64,000 nt of DNA from an uncultured delta proteobacterium (GTDB lineage Bacteria > Desulfobacterota > WTBG01), in contig CAWCBP010000010.1 of assembly GCA_963793865.1 (NCBI GenBank), forward strand, positions 1-64,000. Direction: 5' to 3'. The notes below the pieces were generated by a model. The model was not told the DNA's origin. It did no database searches and saw nothing but the letters and a program-made list of their open reading frames with translations. Below are positions 1-12,365 of this stretch, one piece after another (the first letter of the stretch is position 1; the number at the start of each line of letters is the position of its first letter). The translations under genes and the position numbers were made by a program.

Positions 1-43
1 CAATGTATTGCTCTAATTATTGATCTCTTTGATGGGGTATTAC

Positions 44-1205
44 TTAAATAAAACCCCAAGACTTTAGAGCGGCAATAATTTTCAAATATCGATTTCCCCA
101 AGTATTATTCTGAGCATAGTCTACGATTTTTTTGGAGTTAATCAAATGTATTTCTATCATTAAGAATACCCACAAATTCTTCCAAATCATTTGCTAAGTA
201 ACAGGGGCTATTTAACAATGTCAATTCTTTCCATTTTCTACTTATCACTGGTTTTCCCGACATAAAGAACTCATACATTTTAATTGGACTAATTGATTGG
301 ACAAGATTGCTATTATTAAACGGTATGATCCCACAATCGCTATAATAGATATAGTTAGGGATGTCTTTATAATATTTGGGGCCTAAGTAAAAAATGTTTT
401 TGATTAAGGAGAAGTTTTTCATTTTTCCAAACTTATCATCACCTATTATAACAAAATTTATTTTGGGGCATTGCTTTGCCAAATCAATTAATAGCTAAAA
501 TCAAACCAGTCTCCAATCGCACCAATGTATAATGCAATAGGGCCATTAATCGTACGATATTCTTCTGGTTTATAATACTGATCTCTTACAAAATTTGATA
601 AATCCGCACCGTTAGGACAATAAATGAATTCCTTGTTATAAAAATGGTTTTTTAAGTCCTCTAATAATACCATAGATGTTACAAGGATAATATCTGCACA
701 TTGGATAATTTCCTCCTGCGCTTTTAATAAAACAGAGCCAGATTCCTTAAATTCTTTTGTATTATCTGCTAATCTGAAAATACAGCATTTGTATTTAACA
801 ATGTCTTTTAAAAATTTTTGATGAGCAGTGCCTATCCAAAGTATGTCAATTAAGGAAAACCCCCTTTTTTCTTATCATGGATCTAATGGATGGAATAGTA
901 AATTTGTAATAATTGTCTATGAACCACTTTTTATCAAATATGGTTTTGTTGTGAAAAGGAATAAGCGTAAAAGGTACATAATACCATAGATTTTTTTTAA
1001 TAAATGTTCCATTTCTGACATGATTATTTAGACGCCCTATAATACGTCCTTTATCTTTACCAAAGATGGTATTAAAAGGTGATAAAGGATTTGAAATAAA
1101 TGCAACATCCCATTCATTTTTTGCAAATTGTAATGCGTACTGTCTCTGTCCGAGCATATAGTATTCGTCGAAATAATGTGAATCGGCAAAGAGTATTTTT
1201 TTCAA
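44..1205 (-). CDS. Glycosyltransferase (GT-B/GT4, TuaH-like), split by frameshifts
   Basis: ORF pieces 846..1205, 488..673 and 138..482 carry PNGAD, YIGAIGDWFD and SPIKMYEFFMSGKPVIS motifs; the C-terminus YAQNNTWGNRY...GFI* reads in another frame to the stop at 44-46. Confidence 0.8.
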
Positions 1206-1230
1206 TGCATTTCCTAATAAAGAAATGAAT

Positions 1231-2668
1231 TTATCTTGTGAATTCTTTATGGCTGTAAATGCTGCATGAAGAATCGATTAAACCCAAAAACAGGAAAAAT
1301 TTAAAGCCCCCCCCAGCTACTCCTTCGAATAAATAGGTTATAAAAGAAGTGCCCAAGAAAATTGCAAGCAGTAAGCAAAAATTATTTAGCAATTGGAATG
1401 AACCGGATATCCTATACAAATGAATTATTTTTTTAAAATACAATATCGCGGCCATAAGCCAGAGGAATAGGGCGGGTATGCCAAAGTTTGCTGCTGTTGA
1501 GAGATAAACATTGTGTGCACCACCTCTTTGAACATTTGCCAAAGCCTCCTCATCAAATCTATTGCCATCCTTAATGTGTTGTTTACCCCAAAGCGGATTG
1601 GACAAATCTTTTTCCAAGCAATGGTCCACATTTCTCTCCTGGTATTTCCCTCTGCATAACTTGGATTATCAGGTGAAAATAAGCCAAGAGGTCTTTGCAA
1701 TATGGGAGGCAGATTTGCAAGATATTGACTATTCAAACCGAAAAACAATAGGGTTAAAAGCAACAATATATTAGGCATTATTGCGAATACTTTTCTGCCC
1801 TTAAAATACAAAAATAAAGATGTTGATACTATAACTGATATAAAAGGTCTCTCCCTCCCGATAATAAAATGCTCGTGATGGATATAATTACTAACGGCAA
1901 AAAGAGCTTGATAGAATGCTGTCGAAAATAAATCAATCCAATGAGGTAAAGCCAATATCCTGCCACACCCAATATTCCTACTCTGGTTACCGTTCCTTGC
2001 CCTGCATTTATATGGTGCAAGCGGTACTATACGATTCAGAAGTGGCTACTGTCTCCCACCCCAAACCAATTCTGAGCATACTGATGACAACCACCAGCAA
2101 GAACGCTCCCACTAATAGATTTATTGGTAATCTTATTTGTCCTTCTGATCAAAATAAAGGGTGTGATAAATAATAATTCTCACAAAGAAATAAATCATAA
2201 AATATTCTATACCCACCCTTGGGCAGTTGAGGTTAAGTACATCACTTGCTATTTCTGGTAATTCGCGAAGAGTCATAATGTGCATAAATGCAATGAGAAA
2301 GAAAAATAAGATTGGCATGGAAAAAGAAGGACACGGGTTAATTTTTCCTGCCGCAATATTCTTCGACCTAATAATAAAATTAGTAGTACCGGTAGAATGA
2401 TGTCATTTAAGTCCCATCCCTCTACATTGGCAAACATAAAATTTATTGGCACAAAAGATAGCACTATTACTAAAATAAAAACCCTTTCTATACCGGCCGC
2501 AAAAAGCAGAAGTAGCAAGCAAAATATAGTCAATAGTGTTAACAAACTTGTTGGTTGAACAAGCCGCAACATAGTCAAGACAAGTATTAATAGTGATATT
2601 ACTAATGTACTAAATGAATTCAGGCCAAGATTATTTGTCGACTTTATTATGTGCTGGATTATTTTCAT
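1231..2668 (-). CDS. O-antigen polymerase/ligase-like (Wzy/WaaL family) membrane protein, frameshifted
   Basis: Chain of hydrophobic ORF pieces with LLSGGR, TRREMW and AHNVYLSTAANFGIP (Wzy_C-type) motifs. Confidence 0.7.
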
Positions 2669-2803
2669 TGGTGTTTAGCTTATTTATTTTAAGAATATTA
2701 AATAGCCTTACATGCTTATGAGAATCAACCTGTATTGTCGAGTTAAAGGATAAGGAGTCAAGAAACAAAATTTCTGTGTTCTCATAATGTAATCTGTTCC
2801 TTT

Positions 2804-4259
2804 TTATGAAGGAGGCCACTTATTAAGCTTTTCTCCCTTAGCATTTAGCTCTCCAGATAAAAAGATTAGAAATGCATATATAATAATTCCGAGAACCATG
2901 CCAATAACCAATTTTAGTGGTAACGAAAAATCAGAATGGCTTGAAAAAAAATAGACAGACATTGCCATGAATGCAGATGAGCTTATCACTTTCCATAAAG
3001 TGGCAAAAGGAAACTGCCATGAAAAGTATTTTTTCGAGATTGATAATTATTTGTATTAGAAGGAAAGCATAAGAAAGCAAGGTGGAAAATGCTGCTACCA
3101 TATAACCATACTTGGGAATAAAAATGAAATTAAGCAAAAGATTAAGGATGCCTGAAGTTATTGTGAAGATCATGATGAATCGTGTCTTTTTATAGAAGAG
3201 CAACCCAGCCTGGAAACACTGCTGCAAACCAAGAAAGAAGGCACCAAGGGCAACAAAAGGAATGATTACATAACCCTCGTGGTACACTGTAGGGGTCAAA
3301 AGGCTAATAATCGGTTTGGCCAGAACACTTAAACCAACCACTGCTGGTACACACGCTAGTAAGTAATACCGGGCTTGCTTTGCAACAAAATCCTGACTTG
3401 CCTTTACTCCGTCCCTTTCCCAAATGTTCATGATAATAGGTCCTGCAGCAAGCATAAACAGAGTGTTGATTAGAGTAATGCTTCTTGCTGCGATACCGTA
3501 ACTGGCCGAATAGAGACCAACTTCGGCACTTCCAAGAAAATATTTGAGCACATACCGGTCTGAAAGGCTCAATATCCAGGCTGCAAGATTCCCTGCTACT
3601 AAAGGTAGTCCGTATTTTGCCATTTCTGAAGCCAAGGTTTTCGAAACGCTTTTCATTGTTGAAATCTTGGCATTAAGAGAAAAGTGCCAGAGAAAAGGCA
3701 GTGCAAAAAAAATAGCCAAAAATGATCCCAGAAACAGCCCTTCAACACCCCTGTTCCATAGCATAACGAGCAGCAACCCCAAACCAAGTGATGCCGTGCT
3801 GTTCCATACGGCAAAAATGGTGAACCAGTTAATATTGCGTTTTGCCCTCAAAACATATTGTAAAACAAGGAATGTACCCTGCGCGATAAAAAGCAGTGTG
3901 CCGATTAAGAGCAAAGAAAGCAGTTTTGAGTTGAGCTGATTTTTCAGTGCCCACAACAGTAGCAGATACAGACCTGATAACAGACCAATGGTTATAAACA
4001 GTAACTTTATTACGGTGCTATAAAATGTATCAAGTTTGTATTCTTTCTCGTAGGTAGGGTAAAACCTGATGATGGAGGTGGATAACCACCCCACCATGGT
4101 TACCATAATGTTTACTGTAGCTATGACCAGGATATAATTTCCATAATCATCAGGCAGAAAAAGACGCGTCAAGATAGGGATTGCAATGAATCCTACCAAT
4201 CCCGGAACAATCTGCGCCGGAGCATATTTGAGCATGTCTTTTAAAAAAACTCTGATCAT
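2804..4259 (-). CDS. Polysaccharide flippase (Wzx/MOP family), C-terminal frameshift
   Basis: Multi-TM protein with PILTRLF..DYG and SDRYVLKYFLGSAEVGLYSASY; ATG at 4259 overlaps the upstream stop (ATGA); tail in ORF 2804..2989. Confidence 0.85.
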
Positions 4260-5334
4260 GTTTTTTTGAGACTTTGTCTTAATAATAAGCCTAGGTAGCA
4301 ATTGACTACAAATGGTGAAACATGCCACTTCGCCCAATGCGGCAAATGCCGGACCCCGTATTTTTTAATCCTATCATACCACGCATCAATGTTGCCTGAT
4401 AAATACTCCCCGGCGATTTCTTCAAACCACCATTTTTTTGTAATCATTCCCTCTGTGATTGCTTTTGAGATAGTATCTATTAATGAGAGTGTGGCTTGTC
4501 TTTCCTGTTGATCCATTAGGTAAGGGATATGATCTTCATTTATCTTTATGGGAATAACGCTGTATGACTTCATACCGTCTTTACCCAGATCCGTGATGAG
4601 AATAATAGAGCGCCTGGTCCTTTCTCTGATAAGACGGTTGGAATGCAGGGCAAATTGAAAGTTGCCCAGGGAATAAGCGATTAGCCCTCCCTTATATTCT
4701 TCTATTCCCTGTACCACGTGAGGGTGGTGGCCCAGGATGAGCGTGGCTCCTGCATCAATCATCTTTCTTGCTAAATCTATTTGTCCGGGCGAAGGGTAAA
4801 ATACGTTTTCTATCCCCCAGTGTAAAGAAGTTATTATGCAGTCTGCCGCGGTCTTCATTGGGCAATATCTTCAAGGATCCTTCCTTCTTCAATTCGGTTC
4901 ATGGTGATTTTATTTTGCCCATCCGTAAAACCGCCGACAGAATAACCAAGGAAACCGACCTTGAGATTATTCTTCTCTAATAAAGAACTGCTTCAGTGAT
5001 ACTTATGATTGGATACCCCTATAAATGATATTTCTGCCTCACTCAATACATCCAATGTATTATTTAAGCCCTGTATACCGAGATCCATGACGTGATTATT
5101 GGCTACGCTTACGACATCATAATGAGCATCTTTGAGGTATTGTATTTTTTGTTGCGAGGCGTAGTGTAGCACTGCTTTCTCTGCTTCTGTCCCTTTGTCA
5201 GAAAGTGCGGTTTCAAGGTTGCCAAAGAGGATGTCCTTTTCCCTGAAGATCTCTTCAACCCGGGTAAAGGGGTGCTGATTATTTTTTGGGTTTAAGCAAA
5301 TATCCTTTACAGCGATAAGTTTTACCTTGTTCAT
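4256..5334 (-). CDS. CapA/PGA_cap family metallophosphatase-fold protein, frameshifted
   Basis: GNLET, VANNHVMDLG, SLHWG.E, GHHPHVVQG and YSLGNF motifs across ORFs 4993..5334 and 4256..4858. Confidence 0.85.
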
Positions 5335-5342
5335 AGATCGTG

Positions 5343-7259
5343 CTACGCTTTAAAAGTTGTTATGACCTCTAACGGACTTTTTGTTAAACAAGGCAATGCA
5401 ACTCTTAACTGCTCAGCATCCACTCTTAAGCCATACTCCGGAGAGAATTCATAGGTCGCAGTATTTATATCTGGAATATTTATTTCAACTGAGGCTATCA
5501 GTTTATTGCTATTCTTCAAATGAAGGTGTTCTCCATTCAATGTCAGATGTGGTGCTAAATTAAACACCATAACCCCATTCAGGGATTGCGGGAAAAAAAT
5601 ATAATCAACTATTTTCCACTCCCGACTTTTGCAACGCCTTACTACAGAACGGCTGTGATTGATATTTGAATAGCTGATTATCCCCCTGAATCCAGTTTCC
5701 TCGCCGGTCTCGTTCAATACAGCTTGAGAGATATTTACTTTATCAGGCAGGGTGAAAATCCTTTCAGTGATTATGTTTTGCTCCTCTCCCGTGAATGCAA
5801 TAGTATTGTGGTAACATGTTGAGCGGAATTTGTTTCTTTCCTCGGGATAAGGGGTATAGGTATAGGAGCCTGGATCAACAATGATGTCTTCACCACTCAT
5901 CATCAGTTCAAAGCTCAGCTTATCGTTGTGGGCATGACCGCCATTTCCATCTTGACCATTAGGCCCGCAGGAAATAAAGCAGTAATCATCTTCGTGCCGC
6001 ATAATATACCAGCCGGCATTCGGGAAAGCCCGTGAGGAAAGTTCCGCATTGCGGCAGGGTAGCTGCTGCCACACTTCATAACCCTCCTTTCCAAGAACCC
6101 AGAATGCTTCTTCATCGAAAGGGAACCTCTCTAATTTAAAGGTAGCGTCGTTGAAATAGACAGCTGCCATTGAAAGAAGATAGGCATGGTCGAGGACGGG
6201 TCTTTGCGAAAAGGTTAAAAACCTCCCGTTGTCATTATCCCCAATCTGGGGAATCCTGCCGTTCGGCTTAATGCAATACAGCGAAAACTCAAACATCTTT
6301 TTAAGCCTTGCCTGGTATGCAGAGGACAAAGGAATTCCCGCTCTTTGGGCTATCAGAGCAGAATAAAAAAAGATCTCCAGGGCAAGCCGGTGATAGGAGG
6401 TTGATGCCTCAAAACTGCAGCCGTCATCGTAGACTTGACGCTGTATTTCCTTTTCAAGCTCTCCCATGCAAAACGTTTTCCAGCCCTCACTTTCCTTAAA
6501 GATCGGGCAGTAAAGGGAGATGAATAAAAGCCCCGCGATATCCGCCAAATAATGATTGGCTTTGGGGGGGCCGCATTCAAGGTGACTTTGGATAAAAGCA
6601 GCATGGTCATAAAGGCTGGAATAAAACCGTTGAAGAAACTCAGCATTCAAGCATTTGCTTTCTTTAAAGTATTCAAGAGCAACCAGCCAATTGGCTGCCC
6701 GTATGGCGACATCCATAGTGCAAACCCAGTTCACACCAAAACCTACCCGATTGTTTTCAATCCAGTCAGTGATCTGGTTCCTAAACTCATCCGCATACCG
6801 TTCATCTTTGTTAAGAAGGTATGCCTGGCCCAGTACGTTGAGATGCTGAAAGCGCGAAAGTTCCCAGGGTACTTTTATATCAACCCCTTTTACACGCCCA
6901 TAGCGGATAAATCTGAAAAAGGTGTTTTTGTTCCACCTGTACCCGCTTTTGAAATCGATCTGCCAGTCAATAGGCTGATACGATATCCCGTCATTACTCA
7001 GTTTATTTTTGCCGCTTCCTAATAGATTAAAGATGTGAGCTGTGAATTTATCTGCCTGAGACGATTTATCCAGCACTGCTCCGGGGAAAAGACGAGTGAA
7101 CAACTCTGCAAGCACTGGACCGTCGCCGGGCTTAAGGAAGACAGGGCTGGCAATCTTTGCATTTATGTTCAATCTGGTTTCAGGACGAAAGAAGCAGACA
7201 GCATATTCAAAGAGAAACGAACAGAGCCTGCATATTTTCCGAGCAATAGTATAAACCAT
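5343..7259 (-). CDS. Heparinase II/III family protein
   Basis: 638-aa ORF with DIKVPWELSRFQH, NH, EASTSYH, GDNDNG, GHAHNDKLS, VDPG.Y.Y and FRST..HNT motifs. Confidence 0.9.
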   Translation of the reverse strand: MVYTIARKICRLCSFLFEYAVCFFRPETRLNINAKIASPVFLKPGDGPVLAELFTRLFPGAVLDKSSQADKFTAHIFNLLGSGKNKLSNDGISYQPIDWQIDFKSGYRWNKNTFFRFIRYGRVKGVDIKVPWELSRFQHLNVLGQAYLLNKDERYADEFRNQITDWIENNRVGFGVNWVCTMDVAIRAANWLVALEYFKESKCLNAEFLQRFYSSLYDHAAFIQSHLECGPPKANHYLADIAGLLFISLYCPIFKESEGWKTFCMGELEKEIQRQVYDDGCSFEASTSYHRLALEIFFYSALIAQRAGIPLSSAYQARLKKMFEFSLYCIKPNGRIPQIGDNDNGRFLTFSQRPVLDHAYLLSMAAVYFNDATFKLERFPFDEEAFWVLGKEGYEVWQQLPCRNAELSSRAFPNAGWYIMRHEDDYCFISCGPNGQDGNGGHAHNDKLSFELMMSGEDIIVDPGSYTYTPYPEERNKFRSTCYHNTIAFTGEEQNIITERIFTLPDKVNISQAVLNETGEETGFRGIISYSNINHSRSVVRRCKSREWKIVDYIFFPQSLNGVMVFNLAPHLTLNGEHLHLKNSNKLIASVEINIPDINTATYEFSPEYGLRVDAEQLRVALPCLTKSPLEVITTFKA

Positions 7260-7264
7260 AGACG

Positions 7265-8690
7265 TTATGATCTGTCAGGAGGAAAGGTGATAGTTTTAAT
7301 TGTTTTAATTCTCTGGTCGAGATATTTATACTTACCCGCCTCGGTGCGAGGAATATCATCAACAAATGCTATGTGTAGATTGAGATGGTTGCCATATCTT
7401 TTATGAAAGAGACTCTGTATTTTTTGCAGATCCAGAACCTGCGGTCTGTCCTTGACTATTTTTAATACTACTTCGCCCGCTCTATCCTGATAGTACTGAA
7501 TCTTTTTTATAGAGGGGAAATCCTTGAATATGATGCCGCTCGTTCCTCCGGTAAAAGGTATCAAGGTGCCTCTGCCATCCACAAAATAGTCCTGTGTGCG
7601 ACCGGCGAGAGACTGTATGAGTGGGAAAGCTCGCCCGCAGGAACATCGCCGATGTGATATTGTTGCCAGATCTCCGGTTTTATACCTGATGAAGGGCATG
7701 GCATAGTTGTAGAAACCGGTACCTATGATTTCCCCCGGGGTTGATTCATCCCTGATGTCATTTCCGTTGCCATCAACTATTTCCAGTAACCCGTAATCTG
7801 AATAGACATGGTATCCTTCAAGCCGGGCACATTCGGCTGCGGCCACAATCCGTTCACTATGACCATACAGGTCATAAATATTCCATTAAACTGCTGCTGA
7901 ATGAATGCCCTCTGGTCGGGCGAGAGTGTCTCCGAGGAGGTGAGAATGATGGGGATGGAAAGCCTCACATTTTTATCATGAAGATGCCGGGAGAAAATTT
8001 CAAGGGACGAGGGATAGCCCTGAATGACCCTGGTGGTAAAACGGTCGATTATTTCAATATATTTTTCTATGTGCTCCTCATCCAGATGGTAAGAAGAAAA
8101 TATATAGGCATTTTCCTTGATGTTTCTCCGGTATTTTTATTATTTTTAATAATTTCACCCCTTAAAACAATTTTTCTATCGAACCGTTGATACCCAACCC
8201 AGTTCCAGTGCCGCCATACAAAAGCCTGTTCGTAAACATCATGCGTTTGCCTGTCAACATGGAATTGCATGGGTGTGCCGCTGGTCCGCCGGTACAGGCG
8301 GTTTTAATGTTTCTTTTGGGAAAATAGCGTGACGTTAAATCTTCACTGTTCTTGAGAACTATTTCCTTGGTGAGGTAAGGCAGTTTTTTAATATCATCCA
8401 GTGATTTAAATTGGGGGGGATCAAAACCAATCTTCCTAAAAAGCTTCTGATAATATGGTACGCTCGCATAGGCGTAATTGAGAATTTCCCTTGTTCTGGC
8501 CAACTGATATTCTCGCAACTGGTCCTCATCCCACCATTGGGTTTGAGTGATAAAATGAAAGAAGTTTTTATATTTTTTGCCGTACCGGACGATCAAGGGA
8601 TCAATCCGCCTGATAAAATAGTAGGGAAATGAGGTCCTTTCAACTACTTGCTGTTGTACGTATGCTTCGTTCTGCTCACTCTGCACATCC
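7265..8690 (-). CDS. Phenylacetate-CoA ligase (PaaK/CapK)-like adenylate-forming enzyme, copy 2, frameshifted
   Basis: YAYASVPYYQ, T(S)GG loop, YGHSE, GTGFYNYAMPFIRYKTGD and GRTQD; start uncertain (reads in frame with copy 1). Confidence 0.75.
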
Positions 8691-10074
8691 TGCAGTTTTT
8701 TATCGATCTCATTCAATACAAATCGGTGTTTCAGATTGTCGGGCCTTTGAATAGAATCATGACAGGTTATCTCGAGATTGACCGGTTCATTGATTATATT
8801 TAACAATTCACTTTTAAGGTGAATCTCGCTTTTGTGATCGTAATTATCTCCCGGGACCATAACCACTTCTATCAGGTTCTTATTCCTCTGGATCACCTGC
8901 CACTCTCTTACGTTTCTCAAAGAGTCAAAGGCAAATTCAACGAGCGTAGGAGAGATGAGCTTCCCGGAAGGAGCGACGAGATAATCGCCGGACCGCCCCT
9001 GGATCTCCGTGACCCCGGTATAATTGCGTCCGCAGGCGCATGATGTTCCTGAAAGCAGTGCAAAATCTCCGGTTCTATACCGGATGAAAGGAAATGCGTA
9101 ATTGTTAAAACCGGTGCCAACGATTTCTCCCAGCTTACCGGGCTCTTTAATAACCCTGCCTTCATTATCGATGAGTTCAGTGTATCCATATTCAGGGATT
9201 ATATGGAGATTTCCTTCCTGTTCACACTGCTGCATTAAAACCACGCGCTCGCTGTGTCCGTAGCAATCAATCACCCTGCAGTTGAATGCTTTTTTGATCT
9301 CATTTCGCTGGAAGGCGAACAATTTTCAGAAGCACAAAAGATCACCTTGATGAAATCATAGTGGCCGCTCTGATTGGTTTGATTTATATACTGGGCAACC
9401 AGAAAAGCAATGGAGGGGTATGCCTCGATAAATGAAGGATCGAATTTTTTAAGTTCAGTCAGGAAGTCTGCGATATTATCCGGGGATAAATCCCCAGCTC
9501 CTATCTCCAGGTAGTTTTTATAGAGATTGAAGCGATGTTTCTTTGTCTTGTTATTGCCCCGCAAGATTGCACATTTATCTTCCGGATGATAGCCGAACCA
9601 GCGCCAGAAACGCCAGTAGAAGGCATTTTCTTTTAATTCTGTTTGTCGCTCCTCATAAAAATCTACCGGAGCCCGTCGTTCCGCCTGTAAATTTCTTTAC
9701 GAGTTTACTTAAAGGATGGTTTTTTGCGATGAGTAGGGGTCTGCTCCGACCCACTTCTTCCCTGGTGAGGAGGGGTATTGTTTTAAAGTCAGCGAGACTG
9801 CGTATGTCTTCAGGATGCAACCCGATTTTACTAAAAGGATCTGATAGTAGGGTACGTTTCTGTAAGCGTGGGTGAGCAGTGTTTTTATATTTTCCCACTG
9901 GTAGTTTTTTATTTGATCGTCTGTCCACCATTGGGATTCTTCCAGTATTTTTAGAAGCAGCGAAAAATCATTCCCCCAACGGAGCGATTGAGGCAGGATT
10001 CGCTTCTTCCCCAATAAATAAAGATTGACTAATGAATCAGGGAGCTGATTTCTAAGAAGAGATTTGAGAGCCAT
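8690..10074 (-). CDS. PaaK/CapK-like adenylate-forming enzyme, copy 1, frameshifted
   Basis: HAYRNVPYY, TGGTTG, AYPS, CYGHSE, FPFIRYRTGD and GRSGD across four ORF pieces; C-terminal boundary approximate. Confidence 0.75.
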
Positions 10075-11083
10075 TTCTGTCTAATCGTCTGCTTACAGAG
10101 GTTATAGTTCTCTTAAATTTTTTCAAGCTTTTTAAAAAGTTATTTTCTTTGAGCCACGCACTGTGAGGATATTCTATAGCTCCAGTTGACTCTTTGAATT
10201 CTTCGAGCCCTTTAATACCCCCGCTTTGCAATAAGTCATAGTGCCTAATCCCTCTTTTCTTACTATCAAGAGCAATAATGTGCATCATATATCTTCTCGC
10301 GTGCAAATGAGAATGTTTTCTATCATGATACGAAAGCCACTGACAACTATGGCAATTCCAATAGAGCGTCATATCACCACCAATCATGATATTATTGTAC
10401 CAAACAGTCCATAATTTGATATGAGAGCTCTTTAAGCCATATGTGTTTTTAAACAAGGTCAGGGGGTAATTTGTTAAATTTCTGTCCCAGTATTGAATAG
10501 ACTGTTGATAAAGCCTGAAGAGAGTCTCGACTTCTTTTGGAGTTTCTGCTTCCCTTACTTGCAGATTGCATGCATTTATGGCTCTTCGCACGTATATCCT
10601 GTGGTGTTTAGGATAGTTTGTAAGTAATTCATCTTCATTTTTATATTTATTTAATTCGAGCACGTGTGAAAAGTCTTTAACCGCTTGGTATCCTGTGAGT
10701 TCAAGACCCCTGCTGAAAGGGTTGCCTCTAATAAGAATAAGGTTGTACCTCTTAAAAACCTTATGCTCCAGGTATTCATAGATTTCACTAAGCTGCTGCT
10801 TGCTTAATTCGCCATCCGCAATAGGACCTCCATAGGTATATGGGGGGCCGGAGACATAATCGCTTAATCCACCTTGCAGCAAACTTCGATTTCGCTTCAT
10901 CAAAGGAAATACCGCTCGTGTCCCGTCTTCAAAAATAAAACCCCTGGTTACATCGTGGTAAGCAAAGGTTTTGCTCATAAGCTCCGCCCAATACGGGGTG
11001 TGAAAAAATGTTGCGTATGGACAGCTTTTTGCGACCTCTTCCCAAAAGGTGCTTTCTACTTTTTCAATTACCCTCATAAACAC
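10052..11083 (-). CDS. FemAB-like GNAT family acyl/aminoacyl transferase
   Basis: ATFFHTPYW, YGGP and YDL...GG..GLEEFKESTGA are typical of FemAB/Acetyltransf_6 proteins in EPS loci. Confidence 0.75.
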   Translation of the reverse strand: MFMRVIEKVESTFWEEVAKSCPYATFFHTPYWAELMSKTFAYHDVTRGFIFEDGTRAVFPLMKRNRSLLQGGLSDYVSGPPYTYGGPIADGELSKQQLSEIYEYLEHKVFKRYNLILIRGNPFSRGLELTGYQAVKDFSHVLELNKYKNEDELLTNYPKHHRIYVRRAINACNLQVREAETPKEVETLFRLYQQSIQYWDRNLTNYPLTLFKNTYGLKSSHIKLWTVWYNNIMIGGDMTLYWNCHSCQWLSYHDRKHSHLHARRYMMHIIALDSKKRGIRHYDLLQSGGIKGLEEFKESTGAIEYPHSAWLKENNFLKSLKKFKRTITSVSRRLDRNGSQISS

Positions 11084-11118
11084 GATATCCGGTCAGACTT
11101 CCCGGATGTTGTCCGGGC

Positions 11119-12255
11119 TTATCCTTTTGCTTCATCAAAGCTCTTCACAATGATTTTTACAATCCTCTGCGCTGCCTTTCCATCCCACAATTGAGGAACA
11201 CTGTTTTTTTGGGTGGTACCGTTTAAGAACATCCTTACACATTTCATTATTTTGTTCTTATTCCTGCCCACCAGATAGTTTGTCCCTTTGCTCAAAGTAA
11301 CCGGCCGCTCGGTATTTTCTCTCATGGTGAGGCAGGGTATTCCTAAAACAGTTGATTCCTCCTGTATGCCTCCTGAATCAGTCAGAACAAACATGGAATT
11401 CTTTACCAGCTTGATAAAATCGATATAGCCGAGGGGATCAATCATGGTCAGGTTGGTGATGCCGGCAAACCTTTCCCCGAAGTCAAGCGACCTGATCATT
11501 TTTTTCGTCCGGGGATGAACGGGATAGATAATTTTTACATATTCTGAAACGGATGTGAGAATATCGAAGATTTCCGACAGGGCTTTTGGAGAGTCAACGT
11601 TGCTGGGCCTGTGCAAGGTCAAAACGCTGTAGCTTTTAGGTTTTAGGGTACTCCCATTGCACTTCAGCGAAAGGCTTTTCAGAGCAGTAGAGTTGTCAAT
11701 TTTCTTCATGTTCCAAAGCAGGGTATCGATCATTACATTGCCGACAAAGAAAATCCTGCCGGGATGCACCCCTTCCCTTGTTAAATTTTTTATCCCGCTT
11801 TCTTCACTAACGAACAGGTAATCTGAGAGGGAATCGGTAACTATCCGGTTGATCTCCTCAGGCATAGTTCGGTCAAAGCTTCTCAAGCCGGCCTCTACGT
11901 GCGCGATCCTTACATTCAATTTAGAAGCTACCAGCGAACAGGCCAGGGTCGAGTTGACATCTCCCACCACCATGACTAAATCCGGCTTTTCATCCAGCGC
12001 TACCTTTTCAAAGGCAGACATGATCCTGGCCGTCTGGACAGCGTGGGAGTGTGACCCAACCTTGAGGTAAATGTCGGGCCGGGGAATGTTAAGGTTTTGA
12101 AAAAACACCTCGGACATCTCAAAGTCATAGTGCTGCCCGGTGTGCACCAACCTGATGCTGAATTTATTCTTATATTTTTTAAATTCCCTGATCAGCGGGG
12201 CAATTTTTATGAAATTTGGTCTTGCCCCCGCCACCAGGATGATTTTTTTTCGCAT
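11119..12255 (-). CDS. wecB: UDP-N-acetylglucosamine 2-epimerase (non-hydrolysing)
   Basis: GARPNFIK, HTGQHYD, HVEAGLRS, MPEEINR, TDSGGIQEE and TERP. Confidence 0.95.
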   Translation of the reverse strand: MRKKIILVAGARPNFIKIAPLIREFKKYKNKFSIRLVHTGQHYDFEMSEVFFQNLNIPRPDIYLKVGSHSHAVQTARIMSAFEKVALDEKPDLVMVVGDVNSTLACSLVASKLNVRIAHVEAGLRSFDRTMPEEINRIVTDSLSDYLFVSEESGIKNLTREGVHPGRIFFVGNVMIDTLLWNMKKIDNSTALKSLSLKCNGSTLKPKSYSVLTLHRPSNVDSPKALSEIFDILTSVSEYVKIIYPVHPRTKKMIRSLDFGERFAGITNLTMIDPLGYIDFIKLVKNSMFVLTDSGGIQEESTVLGIPCLTMRENTERPVTLSKGTNYLVGRNKNKIMKCVRMFLNGTTQKNSVPQLWDGKAAQRIVKIIVKSFDEAKG

Positions 12256-12365
12256 GTGCTTGTCGTTAGCGGTCAGAAATTTTAAATCATCACTTTTCCG
12301 GACGATGTACTTTCAAATCCAAAATCGGAAGAATTGTGGAGAAGAAATGGGAAGGGTTGGATGGA

